In this document: positions 62,507-64,000 of the stretch, in pieces
How positions within the stretch are numbered: the first letter of the stretch is position 1
Layout: each line of letters starts with the position of its first letter
Origin: Anthoceros angustus
Lineage: Eukaryota; Plantae; Anthocerotophyta
Assembly (NCBI GenBank): GCA_010909165.1
Contig: MU008188.1
Coordinates: forward strand, 723,766-787,765
Reading direction: 5' to 3'
Length of the DNA stretch: 64,000 bases
Translations under genes and position numbers: made by a program
Notes under the pieces: generated by a model
Database searches by the model: none
Told to the model about the DNA's origin: nothing
What the model saw: the letters and a program-made list of their open reading frames with translations, nothing else

Positions 62507-63700
62507 TGCCCCGCCCATATACTAACAAGTGGTGGCCGCTTAGAGGATGCAAGGCAAATAGTGAGCACACGTGTTGTTGATGAAGAGTGTTTCTTCAAGC
62601 AACATGAGCGCGGGCCTCGATCTAGGTTCCCATTCTTCTTCTTTCTCCTTTTCCATGTGATTAGGAATTCTACCACCAATTACAAATAATTCCACTTTTT
62701 GTTACCCCGGAAGGTGTGGAAGAGTTGGATTCGCCATGATATTTGTTTGGTGTGGAATAAGGTGTCTATTGGAAGGAGAACTTTTGCCGCCCCTCGCCCT
62801 CCCTCTTCCAGATACATCACCGCTGGACTTGGGCTCATGGCGATCGACTCCTCCGAATCATGGCTCTGGCGAGTTCGCGACAGATGTCGAGGTCGCCTCG
62901 CATCAAGCCCAATTCTTTTGGGCTTGTCAACCACGTGTGGTGAGAAATGGTCAGAGGAGGGTGGGAGGGATATCAAGAGAACAAGGAATGCAACAAGTTC
63001 GGAGACGGAGGTGTTGGTGGCAGCTTCATATTGAGATCTAGCTTGCTGGAAAGTGTTGATATGGTGTTCGACGGAGTCGGATTCCTTCATCTTCAGATTG
63101 AAGAAGTTGCGCATCATACTCATCACATCTCTTGAAGAATATAACTGAGCAAGGTGATCCCACATCTGTTTAGAAGTTTTTGCTTGACTGCATTGTCTTA
63201 CCATGTTAAGTGCTAGTCCACTGATCAGGAGGTCTTGAGCTTTTTCATCCCTAGCGTCCCAAATTTCTTTGCTCTCGGAGCCCCACTGTGGTCTGGGTGT
63301 GGACCCACTTACAACGTCCCATAGGTCTCGATTGCGGAAAAGTGCACGATTCGCAGCGCCAAACGCCATACCGCCCATTGAATGTGTCCTTCTCCTTAAA
63401 ACTGTCACCATAGTTGTGATTCACCACCAAGGTCGTACTTCATCTTTGGGTGGATCCTTCCTCTCTCTCTCGATGTTGTTGTTTCTCCTCCTCGTCGTCA
63501 CGCCAACCACCATTGCAGTGGTCACCGCGCTTAGAGAGTCGCAAGCGCCACGCATTTCCTCATCATCATGCATGAAATCGCAAGGAGCAAGGCAAGAAGA
63601 AACCTTTTCATCGGGCGTGTTTGTCGATGACAAGCGCAGAAGGGAAAGTTTGTGATGAAGACAACCAAGATGTTTGGATCAAGATGCTCAAGGAGGCGCT
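62507..63700 (-). pseudogene. gag: Outer copia gag (UBN2) and start of protease
   Basis: LFRNRDLWDVVSG..WDARDEKAQDLL..TSKQMWDHLAQLY..LLISLPPS; ICLASSK before the split GATSH. Confidence 0.9.
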
Positions 63701-64000
63701 TATTGAGATCACGCACTTCTCTTGCTAACTCCTCTATGCTTGTTCTGCTTGTTGAACCCGCATTGGAGATGTAAGAAAGAGGACCTTGTAGATTTGGGAT
63801 ATGATCAAGAGCGAGTTCTAATTGCTTTCACTTGACTTAAACTAAAGATAGTAAGCAAGTTTCTTCTAGCAATTTCTATTTGCCTCCTTGATCTTCTACT
63901 TTGATTAGAATAGAGCCAATGAAGTTAGCAATAAGTATGGAATCTCCTACTATCTTACTAGACTTCCTAGCAATTCTAATCTTTGCATTCCTATATTCTA

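Larger units (their letters stand above)
36234..64000 (-). mobile_element. Outer Ty1/copia element; hosts the 40288 copia and the 48756 gypsy; 5' LTR beyond the window
   Basis: 3' LTR 36234-36514 with PPT AGTGAGTGGGAG. RNase H/RT ~38560-39600; integrase 39965-40287 plus 47758-48755, rejoining as KPSIDHLRIFGS; gag and protease start 62507-63700. Confidence 0.85.

Overview
Eukaryotic, repeat-dense DNA, most likely from a non-seed land plant (inferred from 70-100 bp GT-AG introns, plant-type NHP2, IND1, neprosin and bulb-lectin genes, and plant Ty1/Ty3 elements). Frequent 1-bp indels suggest an unpolished long-read consensus, so most genes below are reconstructed by hand across frameshifts. (1) 339-24256 is one DNA transposon with perfect 33-bp terminal inverted repeats and a TTAC/TTAC 4-bp TSD, about 9.5 kb once later insertions are removed. 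It encodes a DUF7869/Sola-like DDD transposase (+), a WRC zinc finger (-) and an intron-containing ParB-like/beta-class N4C-N6A DNA methyltransferase fusion (-). The methyltransferase is hidden because a ~1.05-kb internal segment is inverted between two GC palindromes in its introns. (2) Ty3/gypsy-type giant LTRs of 4.3-5.1 kb each carry a whole accessory ORF. There are three solo LTRs, one truncated LTR, and a 13.75-kb non-autonomous element that is 74% LTR. (3) A nested stack of Ty1/copia elements, two with ~2-kb extra regions after RNase H. (4) A small host-gene island: IND1 3' exons, NHP2, a neprosin protease and bulb-lectin remnants. No rRNA, tRNA or CRISPR was found.
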